Shown here: piece by piece, positions 18,501-27,155 of the stretch
Layout: the number at the start of each line of letters is the position of its first letter
How positions within the stretch are numbered: the first letter of the stretch is position 1
From: Lachnospiraceae bacterium
Lineage (GTDB): Bacteria > Bacillota > Clostridia > Lachnospirales > Lachnospiraceae
Assembly (NCBI GenBank): GCA_900752065.1
Contig: CAADTT010000136.1
Span: forward strand, 34,439-98,438
Direction of reading: 5' to 3'
DNA: 64,000 bases
Position numbers and translations under genes: made by a program
Notes under the pieces: generated by a model
What the model was told of the DNA's origin: nothing
Database searches by the model: none
The model's input: only the letters and a program-made list of their open reading frames with translations

Positions 18501-20120
18501 GCAACGGCAGGAAGTGCCGCAGGTGACGGCGCTGCCTCCAATGTTCTTGATGGAAACCGGGATACCATCTGGCATTCCCTTTACCCGGCAGACAATGGCG
18601 TTCGTGAAAAACATTATATTACGATTGCTCTTGGAGAAACCTGTCTGGTAAAAGGACTCGTATATACTCCGAGAAATGGCGGCGGAAACGGCAATTTTAA
18701 GGATTATCAGATCGAAGTCAGCACAAACGGAACGGATTTCACTCCTGTGGCATCCGGAAGCTGGATGAGAAACGCAGATACAAAAACCACGAAATTTTAT
18801 GGCGCAGTGCTTGCGTCCCACGTAAGGCTTCGTTCTATAGACAGTGGCGATGATTTTGCGAGTGCGGCTGAAATCAGAATTATCGGAAGTAAAGATACCA
18901 GTGTGGCATCGGATAAAACAGCCCTCTTGAAAGCATTGGCGGAGGTAGAAGCCTATGGCGACAGGCTGGCCATGGCCGGCAGTACCGGAAATCTGGAGGA
19001 AGCCTTGAAAGCAGCCCGGCAGACGGCAAAGGATTCCAGGGCAGACGAAGCGGCGATTGCAGAGGCGGCACAGAAGCTGAGTGCAGCTATGGCTGAAATT
19101 TCCGGATCTGCAAGAAACAATCTTCAATCTGCGATTGCAAAGGGAAATGAAAAGGTTCAGGAAAATTATAACCTTACAACATGGACGGCATATGCGCAGG
19201 CTCTTGCAGCGGCAGGAGAGATCACATCCGCTTCCAGTGAAAAAGAAGTTCTTATTGCATATTTGAATCTTCTTGAGGCGGAGAAAAATCTTGCTTTTTC
19301 AGCAGCAGGAGATACGGCAATGCTTTCGGAAGTAAAAGCAGAAGCCAGCGCAGTGGTGGAAAATGAGAAGGCGGTTATAGAAGCAGGGCAGAAGAATTAT
19401 ACAAATGAGTCCTGGCAGCAGTATGAGAGTGCATATAACAGGCTGAACAAAGCAGCACAGGACGCAACAAGCGCCACTGCGTTAAAGCAGTACATGCAGA
19501 TGTTACAAAATGCGAAAGCGGCACTTGCATTAAAGGCGGATGCGACATCCGAACCGGATCCAGAACCGACTCCGGATCCCAAACCAACCCCGGACCCCAA
19601 ACCAACTCCGGACATCAAACCGACTCCGGACATCAAACCGACCCCGGACATCAAACCGACCCCAATTCCGGATCCGGCGTCCTCCCTCACAGCAGGCAAG
19701 ACCTACCAGACTGCAGACGGACTGAAATATAAAGTATTAAGCGCTGATAAGAAAACGGTATCTCTTGTAGGAACAGCAAACAAAAAGAAGCTGAAAAAAC
19801 TGACTGTGAAATCATCCGTGAAGGTTGAAGGTGTAAACTGTAAAGTAACGTCCGTTGACGCGAAAGCTTTCAGCGGGTGCAAAAAGCTTACGAAGGTGAC
19901 GGTTGGTGCCAATGTGACATCTATTGGGAAACAGGCATTTTCAGGATGTGGAAAGCTGAAAACGATCGTGATCAAGAGCAAGTCCTTAAAGAAGGTTGGA
20001 GTAAAGGCATTCAAGGGAATCTATAAGAAAGCAGTTATCAAGGTTCCAAAAGCAAAACGAACAAAATACAGAAAACTGCTTGCAAAGAAAGGCCAGGCAT
20101 CAACAGTAAAGATTAAATAA
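15600..20120 (+). CDS. secreted multidomain exo-alpha-sialidase (GH33) with N-terminal lectin-like beta-sandwich domains, F5/8-type-C (CBM32-like) domain, FIVAR-like helical repeats, Pro/Thr linker and C-terminal BspA-type leucine-rich-repeat domain
   Basis: GGAG Shine-Dalgarno; signal peptide MKQKFKKVFAMLLSLCLVLGMVQIPAMTGKAAAA. An RIP motif is present (AYRIPGIAV). Four Asp boxes occur (SEDNGKTW, SDDDGLTW, TDDGGATW, STDNGASW). A discoidin-like segment is present (NVLDGNRDTIWHS). A PDPKPTPDIKPTPDIKP linker precedes a basic C-terminal LRR_5-like tail. Confidence 0.85.
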   Translation: MKQKFKKVFAMLLSLCLVLGMVQIPAMTGKAAAADGEIDTSEEGYAVVKYYTDTETAVSSAQTKNERVSDFFEGTESMIWSVDFKTTESKLQSLLTLEYSTSKYMTLFLRDGNKVGLETKEGTNLGPTVAKSYTDGAWHTLKLEMTKNQKAILSLDDAVVVQSENAPTCIATLSWTPDTFTIGGMTNYSSKSGWTFSGSLRNIVMKKKVAGPMPAPVYTEKNPKADSTSQNIGNLTNSTFQMTFRRTEASETEETLAEFGSNGKISVDASKVSIALGDSKAEVQVENTSLATTKWHNLAITANGAKASVYVDGVMAGETDFSGTLSGALKYGNVYISEVSVYDKALSEEQIATLHETTLSSAYPDGTEKMEGYEKTPNREVFNSGFDGSVAYRIPGIAVSEKTGTVITSIDKRWDHSGDVGKIDTVIRRSEDNGKTWSPVIPVIDMPDSDAYTVDPSLAVDNDPDSPYYGRIYCLVDMYPYNIGLWASKPGTGYREVDGVQCRILYDSAKNEYIMKPDGTVYDSNGNQTAYQVETEAAAPYKDLGALYKDGQRIGSIYKNSELVIYETTYLWVSYSDDDGLTWSLPKDITPEVKDDWMCFHGTGPGHGIQLQNGRIMFPTYCSHTGQTSALSSLHVYTDDGGATWHRGASPNDVSETSSAANSTRQLNENTIVQLDNGHLIQFMKNSTANVAMAISTDNGASWGQVTYAQGIPEPYCNLTSLHYPEKIVDPRDGIAKEAIIFANPRGTTNFTGNGREGGTVRIAFVNSDDTLDWAYSKLIEENKFVYCSIAAMNNGNIAMIYEQEGYAMIGAAFTSFSPEYIMDSNVYENTPVPTDVTTTVQDANGQPAAELAPGNKVNIQVTFSQNVFAAGNVTLNVKAGNRTKEAVLAGNVAANKLEFVYTVDESDEGTLTATGEVNVKDGGAAETIYNVSLTDKPCVTKETVVGEIAAGAEDALFAELPTEGMSATAGSAAGDGAASNVLDGNRDTIWHSLYPADNGVREKHYITIALGETCLVKGLVYTPRNGGGNGNFKDYQIEVSTNGTDFTPVASGSWMRNADTKTTKFYGAVLASHVRLRSIDSGDDFASAAEIRIIGSKDTSVASDKTALLKALAEVEAYGDRLAMAGSTGNLEEALKAARQTAKDSRADEAAIAEAAQKLSAAMAEISGSARNNLQSAIAKGNEKVQENYNLTTWTAYAQALAAAGEITSASSEKEVLIAYLNLLEAEKNLAFSAAGDTAMLSEVKAEASAVVENEKAVIEAGQKNYTNESWQQYESAYNRLNKAAQDATSATALKQYMQMLQNAKAALALKADATSEPDPEPTPDPKPTPDPKPTPDIKPTPDIKPTPDIKPTPIPDPASSLTAGKTYQTADGLKYKVLSADKKTVSLVGTANKKKLKKLTVKSSVKVEGVNCKVTSVDAKAFSGCKKLTKVTVGANVTSIGKQAFSGCGKLKTIVIKSKSLKKVGVKAFKGIYKKAVIKVPKAKRTKYRKLLAKKGQASTVKIK
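19548..19678 (+). repeat. in-frame tandem 15-nt repeats encoding the Pro/Thr linker
   Basis: ccgac(c/t)ccggacatcaaa units are repeated; this is internal to the sialidase gene. Confidence 0.8.
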
Positions 20121-20125
20121 AGGCT

Positions 20126-20168
20126 AAAAAACTCCCCGTTCCCATGTAAAAGGGATTCGGGGAGTTTT
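20126..20168. terminator. bidirectional intrinsic terminator shared by convergent sialidase (+) and SASP (-) genes
   Basis: AAAAACTCCCCG-n20-CGGGGAGTTTT with U-tracts on both strands. Confidence 0.8.
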
Positions 20169-20194
20169 CAGCTTTTCGGTTAAAATACGAAAAG

Positions 20195-20413
20195 TTAGAA
20201 CTGAGAAGTTCCGTTTGTCATCTGGCGCTCCTGTGCCTCAATCATCTTTTTCACCATATAGCCGCCGACAGAACCGTTCTGCTTAGAGGTCAGGTCGCCG
20301 TTGTATCCCTCTTTCAGAGGTACTCCGATTTCCTGTGCCACTTCCATTTTAAAACGGTCTAATGCACTCTTTGCTTCCGGTACTGCTGCTGTGTTTGAAG
20401 ATCTGTTTGACAT
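20195..20413 (-). CDS. alpha/beta-type small acid-soluble spore protein
   Basis: MSNRSSNTAAVPEAKSALDRFKMEVAQEIGVPL...GGYMVKKMIEAQE is a canonical SASP. AAAGGAGG Shine-Dalgarno on the minus strand. The longer 95-aa ORF is rejected. Confidence 0.9.
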   Translation of the reverse strand: MSNRSSNTAAVPEAKSALDRFKMEVAQEIGVPLKEGYNGDLTSKQNGSVGGYMVKKMIEAQERQMTNGTSQF

Positions 20414-20633
20414 AATATAACGCCTCCTTTTGAATTTCCTATTCTTTTTTCTTTTGATTTCATTTGCAATTTTTAGTTGCAATTCTAGTATGTGAATTAA
20501 AAAGTTTTTTAAACAGGAAATGAATGGTTTTTTTTGAATTTAATTGAAAAAAGTATAAAATAGTCTTTTCTCTTTGATAGAAACCATGATATAATTGTTA
20601 GGAATGGAGAAAAATATTAATGAGGTAAATGAC

Positions 20634-21020
20634 ATGAACGTAGGCTTAATAGCGCACAATGAAAAAAGAGCGCTTCTTGAAGATTTCTGCGTGGCATACA
20701 AGAAGATCCTTGAAAAACACAATCTTTATGCCACAGGAATAACAGGAAGGCGTGTTGAGGAAGTAACAAACCTGAAGGTATACAAATTTCTGCCGGGAAG
20801 CCTGGGAGGGGATAAGCAGTTTATGGAAATGATCAGCCGGGATGAAATGGATATGGTGATTTTTTTCTACAGCCCGATCCTTGCAGATCCAAAAGAACCG
20901 AGTATGGAACAAATTTCAAAATGCTGTGACCGTTATAATATTCCGATTGCGACCAATATTGCCACAGCAGAATCATTGATCCTTGGATTATCACACGGGG
21001 ATCTGGAATGGAGAGAGTAA
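20634..21020 (+). CDS. mgsA: methylglyoxal synthase
   Basis: MNVGLIAHNEKRALLEDF...YATGITG...LPGSLGGDKQ matches MgsA. GAGGT Shine-Dalgarno. Confidence 0.8.
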   Translation: MNVGLIAHNEKRALLEDFCVAYKKILEKHNLYATGITGRRVEEVTNLKVYKFLPGSLGGDKQFMEMISRDEMDMVIFFYSPILADPKEPSMEQISKCCDRYNIPIATNIATAESLILGLSHGDLEWRE

Positions 21021-21021
21021 A

Positions 21022-22695
21022 ATGTCGATCAATGATATAGAAAATCTGTTTTTATTCGCCGGAGGTCTGGGGATGTTTCTTTATGGCATGCACAGCATGT
21101 CAGATGGTATCCAGAAATCTGCCGGCAAGAAGATGCAGGAGCTTTTAGGTATCCTGACAAATAACCGTCTCATGGGAGTTCTTGTAGGAACTCTCGTCAC
21201 AGCCATTATACAGAGCAGCGGTGCCACCACGGTTATGGTGGTAGGATTTGTAAATGCAGGAATTATGAGTCTGGGACAGGCCGTAGGCGTCATCATGGGC
21301 GCAAACATCGGCACTTGTATCACATCCTGGATCGTCTCGCTGGGGCAGCTTGGAGACAGCTTTAAGGCCATCTCACCGTCCCTGTATGCACCGCTTCTGG
21401 TAGGGATCGGCGCGTTTTTCATTATGTTTTCGAAAAAGCAGAAGAGGCAGATTACCGGAGAGATCATCATCGGTCTGGGACTTCTGTTCATTGGTCTTGA
21501 TTTCATGAAGGGAGCGGCTTCCGCCTATACGCACCTTCCGATTTTCACGCAGGCATTTATCCTGTTTGGAAACAATCCGCTGCTGGGTATCGGCATCGGT
21601 ATCCTTGTCACTGCCATCATGCAGAGTTCTTCGGCATCGGTGGGCGTTCTTCAGACGCTGGCGTCTATGGGCGGCGTGGTGACGACAAGCTCTGCTGTCT
21701 ATATCGGTCTTGGTTCCAACATCGGCTCCACCGTAACGGCGCTGCTTTCTAGTATCGGTGCATCACGAAATGCAAAGAGAGCAGCAATGATCCATTTGAC
21801 CTTTAATGTAATAGGTGTGACTATCTTTGGTACGATATTTTTTATATTCTTTAAATTCATGCCTCAGTACGGCATGGCAGGGATCAACAGTGTGGGAATC
21901 TCCATTTTCCACACAGGTTTCAGCATTGCCCGCACGATTCTGATGTTTCCCTTTGCGGATAAGCTGGTATCCCTTTCCGGGATTCTGGTAAAGGAAAAGC
22001 AGGATGTAAAGGAAGTGGCAGACAGCGAGGAGAAGCAGACGCTGCGCCATTTGGACAAACGTATTTTGGAGACGCCGTCCTTTGCTGTGGAAAATGCAAT
22101 TCTTGAGGTTGTACATATGGGTAAAATTGTTTCCGAAAACCTGCATCGTGCCTTTGATGCAGTTCTGAAGCATGACACAGACAAGATTGAAGAGATTTAT
22201 AAGACAGAAAAGACCATTAATGCTATGGAAAAGCTGATTACAGAATATCTGGTTCAGATCAGCAACCTGTCTCTGAATGAAGAGCAGCATAACATAGTCA
22301 ATAACCTGTTTTATTCTGTCAGTGACATTGAAAGAGTCGGCGACCATGTAGAAAATATTGCTGAGCTGGTAGATATGAAGGACGGGAATTCCTTTGAATT
22401 TTCTGACAGCGCCATGACGGAGATGGAAGAGATCATGGGACTGGTGGCGAATGCTTTTCGTTATTCTATGAAAGCGAGAGAAGAACGAAGCGTTGCCGAT
22501 GCTGTGAAGGTTGGAAAGTATGAAGATATGGTGGACAGCATGGAAGAAGAGCTTCGGGAAAAGCATATCGAGCGCCTGTCAAAGCAGCTTTGCGCCCCTT
22601 CAAACGGTGTGATCTTTCTGGATATTATCAGCAATCTGGAGCGTATTTCCGACCATGCCTATAACCTGGCAGGATATGTGATCTCAGAACAATAA
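21022..22695 (+). CDS. Na+/phosphate cotransporter family protein with C-terminal PhoU-like domain
   Basis: Repeated NaPi-II motifs (QSSGATTVMVVGFVNAG, QSSSASVGVL) are followed by a soluble helical domain. Confidence 0.8.
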   Translation: MSINDIENLFLFAGGLGMFLYGMHSMSDGIQKSAGKKMQELLGILTNNRLMGVLVGTLVTAIIQSSGATTVMVVGFVNAGIMSLGQAVGVIMGANIGTCITSWIVSLGQLGDSFKAISPSLYAPLLVGIGAFFIMFSKKQKRQITGEIIIGLGLLFIGLDFMKGAASAYTHLPIFTQAFILFGNNPLLGIGIGILVTAIMQSSSASVGVLQTLASMGGVVTTSSAVYIGLGSNIGSTVTALLSSIGASRNAKRAAMIHLTFNVIGVTIFGTIFFIFFKFMPQYGMAGINSVGISIFHTGFSIARTILMFPFADKLVSLSGILVKEKQDVKEVADSEEKQTLRHLDKRILETPSFAVENAILEVVHMGKIVSENLHRAFDAVLKHDTDKIEEIYKTEKTINAMEKLITEYLVQISNLSLNEEQHNIVNNLFYSVSDIERVGDHVENIAELVDMKDGNSFEFSDSAMTEMEEIMGLVANAFRYSMKAREERSVADAVKVGKYEDMVDSMEEELREKHIERLSKQLCAPSNGVIFLDIISNLERISDHAYNLAGYVISEQ

Positions 22696-22748
22696 AGCAG
22701 GAGAGCCTGCATTGTACAGCCGGCGTCGTTATATAAGAGAGGAATATT

Positions 22749-23435
22749 ATGGGAAATTGTATTTATTGCGTGGAAGATGACGCAAACATCCGGGAACTCG
22801 TTGTATATGCGCTTAAAACAGCAGGTTATGAAGGAGTCGGCTTCTCATGTGCCTCCGATTTTTATAAGCATACAGCCAAAGAAAAACCGAGCCTGATCCT
22901 TCTGGATATTATGCTGCCGGATGAAGATGGTTTTTCTATCCTGAAAAAGCTGAAAAGCACGAAGGAACTGAAAAAGATTCCGGTCATCATGCTGACGGCA
23001 AAGACAGCGGAATACGATAAGGTTCGCGGTCTGGATGCCGGGGCGGACGATTATGTGACAAAGCCCTTTGGTGTGATGGAACTGCTTTCCCGTGTGAAAG
23101 CAGTTTTGCGCCGTACGGAGGCAGACGCTGAGGAGAGCAGCGTTATTGCTCTGGGAGACCTGCGGGTGGATGAACAGAAGCATGAGGTTTTTGTAAAGGA
23201 AACACCTGTGACCCTCACCTTTAAGGAATTTGAGCTTCTCGCGTATCTTTTGAAAAATAAAGGAATTGTACTTTCCAGGGACAAGATTCTGGATGTGATC
23301 TGGAATTACGAGTATGAAGGGGAAAGCCGTACCGTGGATGTACATATCGGTTCTCTGCGCCAGAAGCTGGGAACATGCGGGGATATGATCAAAACCATTC
23401 GCGGCGTGGGCTACAAGATAGGAGATTCCAAATGA
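22749..23435 (+). CDS. OmpR-family response regulator (PhoP/PhoB-like)
   Basis: A receiver domain is followed by a winged-helix (VHIGSLRQKL...IRGVGYK). The gene is adjacent to the pst operon. Confidence 0.85.
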   Translation: MGNCIYCVEDDANIRELVVYALKTAGYEGVGFSCASDFYKHTAKEKPSLILLDIMLPDEDGFSILKKLKSTKELKKIPVIMLTAKTAEYDKVRGLDAGADDYVTKPFGVMELLSRVKAVLRRTEADAEESSVIALGDLRVDEQKHEVFVKETPVTLTFKEFELLAYLLKNKGIVLSRDKILDVIWNYEYEGESRTVDVHIGSLRQKLGTCGDMIKTIRGVGYKIGDSK

Positions 23436-25099
23436 AAAAAAGGATTTATAAAAATATCCTGGGATTGGCAGTGATGACCATACTGCTGATCTCCGGGATA
23501 TTTGTGTATTTTTATAATCAGAGCATGCACCGGGAGATGCAGGAACAGGTGAGGACGGAGGCTTACTGTACGGCTGCGGCCTTTGAGGTGAAGGGGAATG
23601 ATCTGGAATATCTGGATAAGCTGAAGGAGAAAGGAAACCGCAGGGTTTCTCTGGTGGGGACGGATGGCAAGGTCCTCTATGACAGCGCCGCCAGTATCTA
23701 TGGCCTGGAAAATCATGCGGAGCGTCCGGAAATCCAGGATGCCATAAAAAACGGAGCAGGATCCGATACGCGTCTCTCTGACACCCTGAAAACAGAGACT
23801 TACTACTATGCAATTAAGCTGTCTGACGGGAGAATTCTGCGGCTGGCGATTGAAGTAAAAAGCAATCTGACTACGTTTATCGATCTGCTGCCTCTGCTCA
23901 CCAGCGTGGCAGCTCTTATCCTGCTCTGCGCCTGTCTGGTGGCCCACAGACTGGCTTTCGGAATCGCAGACAGAGTAAATAAGATTGATCTGAAAAATCC
24001 TACAAAGGAGGGAAACTTTGAGGAACTTTGGCCTCTTCTTCATAAAATCGAAAAGCAGAATACGCAGCTCAAGGAGCAGATGGAAAATCTGATGGATCAG
24101 GAAGAAAAATTTATGACCATCACAAAAAATATGTCGGAGGGGCTGATTCTGCTGGACACCAGTTCCAAGATCCTTTTTATTAACCAGAGCTGCAAGGAGC
24201 TTTTTGATGTGCCTTCTATCCGCTATGAGGGGAAGCATATCTCCACTTTCAATAGCAGTGAGCAGCTCGAAGAGACGGTCAGCGCCGCTCTGAAAGGAGA
24301 ATCCTACAGCGCCATGCTCCGGCTTCCAGAAAAGCAGGTACAGTTTTGGGGAAATCCGGTGCGTGAGAACGACCAGGTGACAGGCGCCGTCCTTTTTGTG
24401 ATGGATGTGACGACAAACCAGAAGGCGGAGCAGCTCAGAAAAGAATTTTCCGCCAATGTTTCTCACGAGTTAAAGACTCCTCTGACCTCTATTTCAGGGT
24501 TTGCGGAGCTGATGCAGAATAATCTGGTACAGCCTGCGGATATTCCTGTTTTCGCAGGGAAAATCTATGATGAAGCACAGCGGCTGCTGACGCTGGTGAA
24601 CGATATCATCCGTATCAGCCAGTTGGATGAAAAAGACAGCCGTATCGCCAAAGAGTCGGTAGATCTGTATCAGGTGGCAGAAGAGGTCTGCACCCGCCTG
24701 GCCCCGGTAGCGGAAAAGGCTTCTGTGAGAGTGCGGCTGAAGGGAAAACATGTGACCATATGGGCCGTCCGCCAGATCATGTATGATCTGATCTACAATC
24801 TTTGCGAAAATGGAATCAAGTATAACGTGGAAGATGGTTCTGTGACTGTATCCATCTATGAAAATAAGGAGCATTCCGTTATCCGGGTGGCGGATACAGG
24901 GATCGGTATTCCCATGGAATACCAGGAACGGATTTTTGAACGGTTCTACCGTATTGATAAGAGCCATTCCAAGCAGACGGGAGGAACCGGATTGGGTCTG
25001 TCCATTGTAAAGCACGCCGTGGAGTATCAGGGCGGATATATTGAGATCCACAGTAATAAAGAAGAAGGAACCACGATCACGGTTCATCTTCAGGAATAA
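23432..25099 (+). CDS. sensor histidine kinase (PhoR-like; TM, PAS, HisKA, HATPase)
   Basis: ATGA start/stop overlap with the response regulator gene. H-box SHELKTPLTSI; GxGxG ATPase motif (GGTGLGLSIV). Confidence 0.85.
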   Translation: MKKRIYKNILGLAVMTILLISGIFVYFYNQSMHREMQEQVRTEAYCTAAAFEVKGNDLEYLDKLKEKGNRRVSLVGTDGKVLYDSAASIYGLENHAERPEIQDAIKNGAGSDTRLSDTLKTETYYYAIKLSDGRILRLAIEVKSNLTTFIDLLPLLTSVAALILLCACLVAHRLAFGIADRVNKIDLKNPTKEGNFEELWPLLHKIEKQNTQLKEQMENLMDQEEKFMTITKNMSEGLILLDTSSKILFINQSCKELFDVPSIRYEGKHISTFNSSEQLEETVSAALKGESYSAMLRLPEKQVQFWGNPVRENDQVTGAVLFVMDVTTNQKAEQLRKEFSANVSHELKTPLTSISGFAELMQNNLVQPADIPVFAGKIYDEAQRLLTLVNDIIRISQLDEKDSRIAKESVDLYQVAEEVCTRLAPVAEKASVRVRLKGKHVTIWAVRQIMYDLIYNLCENGIKYNVEDGSVTVSIYENKEHSVIRVADTGIGIPMEYQERIFERFYRIDKSHSKQTGGTGLGLSIVKHAVEYQGGYIEIHSNKEEGTTITVHLQE

Positions 25100-25127
25100 G
25101 GGCTGCGAAAGCAGCCCGTTTTTTTAT
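25100..25127 (+). terminator. intrinsic terminator
   Basis: GGGCTGC-gaaa-GCAGCCC followed by GTTTTTTT. Confidence 0.85.
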
Positions 25128-25145
25128 ATCATAGGAAACTGTTTT

Positions 25146-25199
25146 TTTACTTGAATTTTACAATTGTCATATGATTTCTTGACCTCCGGTATGTAGAAT
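25146..25199 (+). promoter_or_regulatory. putative PhoP-box promoter of pst operon
   Basis: Direct repeats TTTACT(25146)/TTTACA(25157) with 11-bp periodicity lie upstream of a TAGAAT -10 (25194), with no canonical -35. Confidence 0.4.
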
Positions 25200-25316
25200 T
25201 CATACTTGTAAGATTTCGTTAGAAGCTTTCATTCAGCATCCATTTTAAGAGATAGACAGTTCCGGCGATGCCTGCTGTGAAAGCAGAAAACCTGTAATTT
25301 GATGGAGGAAAAGAAA

Positions 25317-26225
25317 ATGAAAAAATTACTTGCAATGACACTGATTGGAATGATGACACTGGGACTTACCGCATGCGGAAGCAGCGAGAGCGAAACAAAG
25401 GCGCCGGAAGTGACAGAGGAAAATACAAAGGGCGCAGATCTGGAAACCTCTGTGGATACGGCGGAAGTAACTGGTGATGTGGGAGGAACCATCGTGATCA
25501 CGGGATCAACCTCCGTTGAGAAGATCCTGAATGAGATGAAAGATGAATTTGAAGCGCTGAACTCGGATGTATCGATTGAATATACGGGAAGCGGCTCTTC
25601 CGCAGGAATCACGGATACGAAAGCGGGAACAAATAATATCGGAGCCTCATCCAGAGAACTGAAGGAGGAGGAAAAGGAAGATGCTTTAAAGACGGAAGTG
25701 TTCGCATACGACGGAATTGCCGTCATCGTAAATCCTGCGAATACAGCAGTCACAGATATCACAGAAGAACAGCTTGCTGACATCTATTCCGGGAAAATCA
25801 CGAACTGGAAGGAGCTGGGTGGAAATGATGCAGATATCTTTGTGGTATCCCGTGAAGAAAGCTCCGGGACGAGAAGCGCCTTTGAAGAGCTGATCGGTCT
25901 GGAAGGCGCAGGGGGACTGACAGGAAATGCAGCCGTCTCGGAAGGAAACGGACCTGTGCAGGCTGCTGTGGCAGGAAATGAAAATGCCATCGGCTATGTC
26001 TCCTTCTCTTTTATTGATGAGACGGTAAAGCCCCTGACCGTATCCGGCGTGGAGGCAAATGCGGACAACGCAAAGGATGGGATCTATCCGCTGAGCCGTC
26101 CCTTCCTGTTCTGTTACTATGAAGACAAGGTGACAGATGCAGGAAAAGCATTTTTAAAATTTGCCATTTCTGAGGAAGGCCAGGCTGCGGTGGAAGAGCA
26201 TGGCGGAATTAAAGTGACAGAATAG
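25317..26225 (+). CDS. pstS: phosphate ABC transporter substrate-binding lipoprotein PstS
   Basis: GGAGGA Shine-Dalgarno; lipobox LTAC. PBP superfamily motifs (ITGSTSV...GSGSSAGI). Confidence 0.9.
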   Translation: MKKLLAMTLIGMMTLGLTACGSSESETKAPEVTEENTKGADLETSVDTAEVTGDVGGTIVITGSTSVEKILNEMKDEFEALNSDVSIEYTGSGSSAGITDTKAGTNNIGASSRELKEEEKEDALKTEVFAYDGIAVIVNPANTAVTDITEEQLADIYSGKITNWKELGGNDADIFVVSREESSGTRSAFEELIGLEGAGGLTGNAAVSEGNGPVQAAVAGNENAIGYVSFSFIDETVKPLTVSGVEANADNAKDGIYPLSRPFLFCYYEDKVTDAGKAFLKFAISEEGQAAVEEHGGIKVTE

Positions 26226-26258
26226 AACGGACAGGAAGCTTCAGGGAAGGATATAATT

Positions 26259-27155
26259 ATGAATCAGATGAACCGGAATATGAAAAGAGATTTTCTGGAA
26301 AAAGCGGTAGAAGGGCTGTTTCTGGTCTGTGCCCTTGTGGGGGTCGTTTCAGTTATTGCTATTATCCTATTTGTGTTTTACAAAGGAATGCATCCGTTTT
26401 TTGGAAAGGATGCCTATAGCTTTATTGACTTTATCACGGGTATACGCTGGGCGCCGGGACAGAATATTTACGGGATTTTCTACATGATCGCAGGCTCCGT
26501 GTTTTCGACTCTCGGTGCGATTCTTATCGGCGTGCCGATCGGCGTACTGACGGCGGTATTTATTTCCGAGATCGCCCCGGAAAGCGCCGTGAAGGTGATA
26601 AAGCCTGCGGTAGAGCTTTTGGCGGGAATTCCGTCCGTGCTCTACGGCGCTTTTGGACTTGGCGTGGTAGTGCCGATGATCAAAGCTGTTTCCCCAAAGG
26701 TTCAGGGGCAGTCCCTTTTGGCAGTTATCATCGTTCTGACGATCATGATCCTGCCCACCATCGTGTCCCTGTCCGAGAGCGCCCTGCGGTCAGTCCCGAA
26801 CTCCTACCGGGAGGCGTCTCTGGGACTTGGAGCTTCAAAAATGCAGACGATCTTCAGGGCTGTGCTTCCGGCGGCAAAATCGGGGATCCTCTCTGCTGTG
26901 GTGCTGGGGGTAGGGCGCGCCATCGGTGAGACCATGGCGGTTATGATGATCGCCGGAAACCCGACGCAGGGGCTTCCGGACAGCCTATGGTCTATGGTAA
27001 GGCCTCTTACGACAAATATTGCCATGGAGATGAGCTATTCATCCGGCAGGCAGCAGGAAATGCTGTTTGCCACGGGAGTTGTCCTCTTTTTCTTTATCAT
27101 GATCGTAAACCTTACGCTTCTCAGATTAACACACAGAGAGGGGGAACATAAATGA
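26259..27155 (+). CDS. pstC: phosphate ABC transporter permease PstC
   Basis: ABC permease EAA-like region EASLGLGASKMQTIFRAVLP. Confidence 0.9.
   Translation: MNQMNRNMKRDFLEKAVEGLFLVCALVGVVSVIAIILFVFYKGMHPFFGKDAYSFIDFITGIRWAPGQNIYGIFYMIAGSVFSTLGAILIGVPIGVLTAVFISEIAPESAVKVIKPAVELLAGIPSVLYGAFGLGVVVPMIKAVSPKVQGQSLLAVIIVLTIMILPTIVSLSESALRSVPNSYREASLGLGASKMQTIFRAVLPAAKSGILSAVVLGVGRAIGETMAVMMIAGNPTQGLPDSLWSMVRPLTTNIAMEMSYSSGRQQEMLFATGVVLFFFIMIVNLTLLRLTHREGEHK

Noticed and set aside
18318-19127. 269-aa minus-strand ORF inside the sialidase gene
   Set aside because: It is antisense to a gene with clear GH33 motifs and has no Shine-Dalgarno.
19548-19678. CRISPR array
   Set aside because: The short direct repeats are contiguous in-frame codons for a Pro/Thr linker with no spacers. 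No cas genes are present anywhere in the window.
22845-23813. 322-aa minus-strand ORF
   Set aside because: It is antisense to the response regulator and histidine kinase genes, which carry clear receiver and HisKA motifs.
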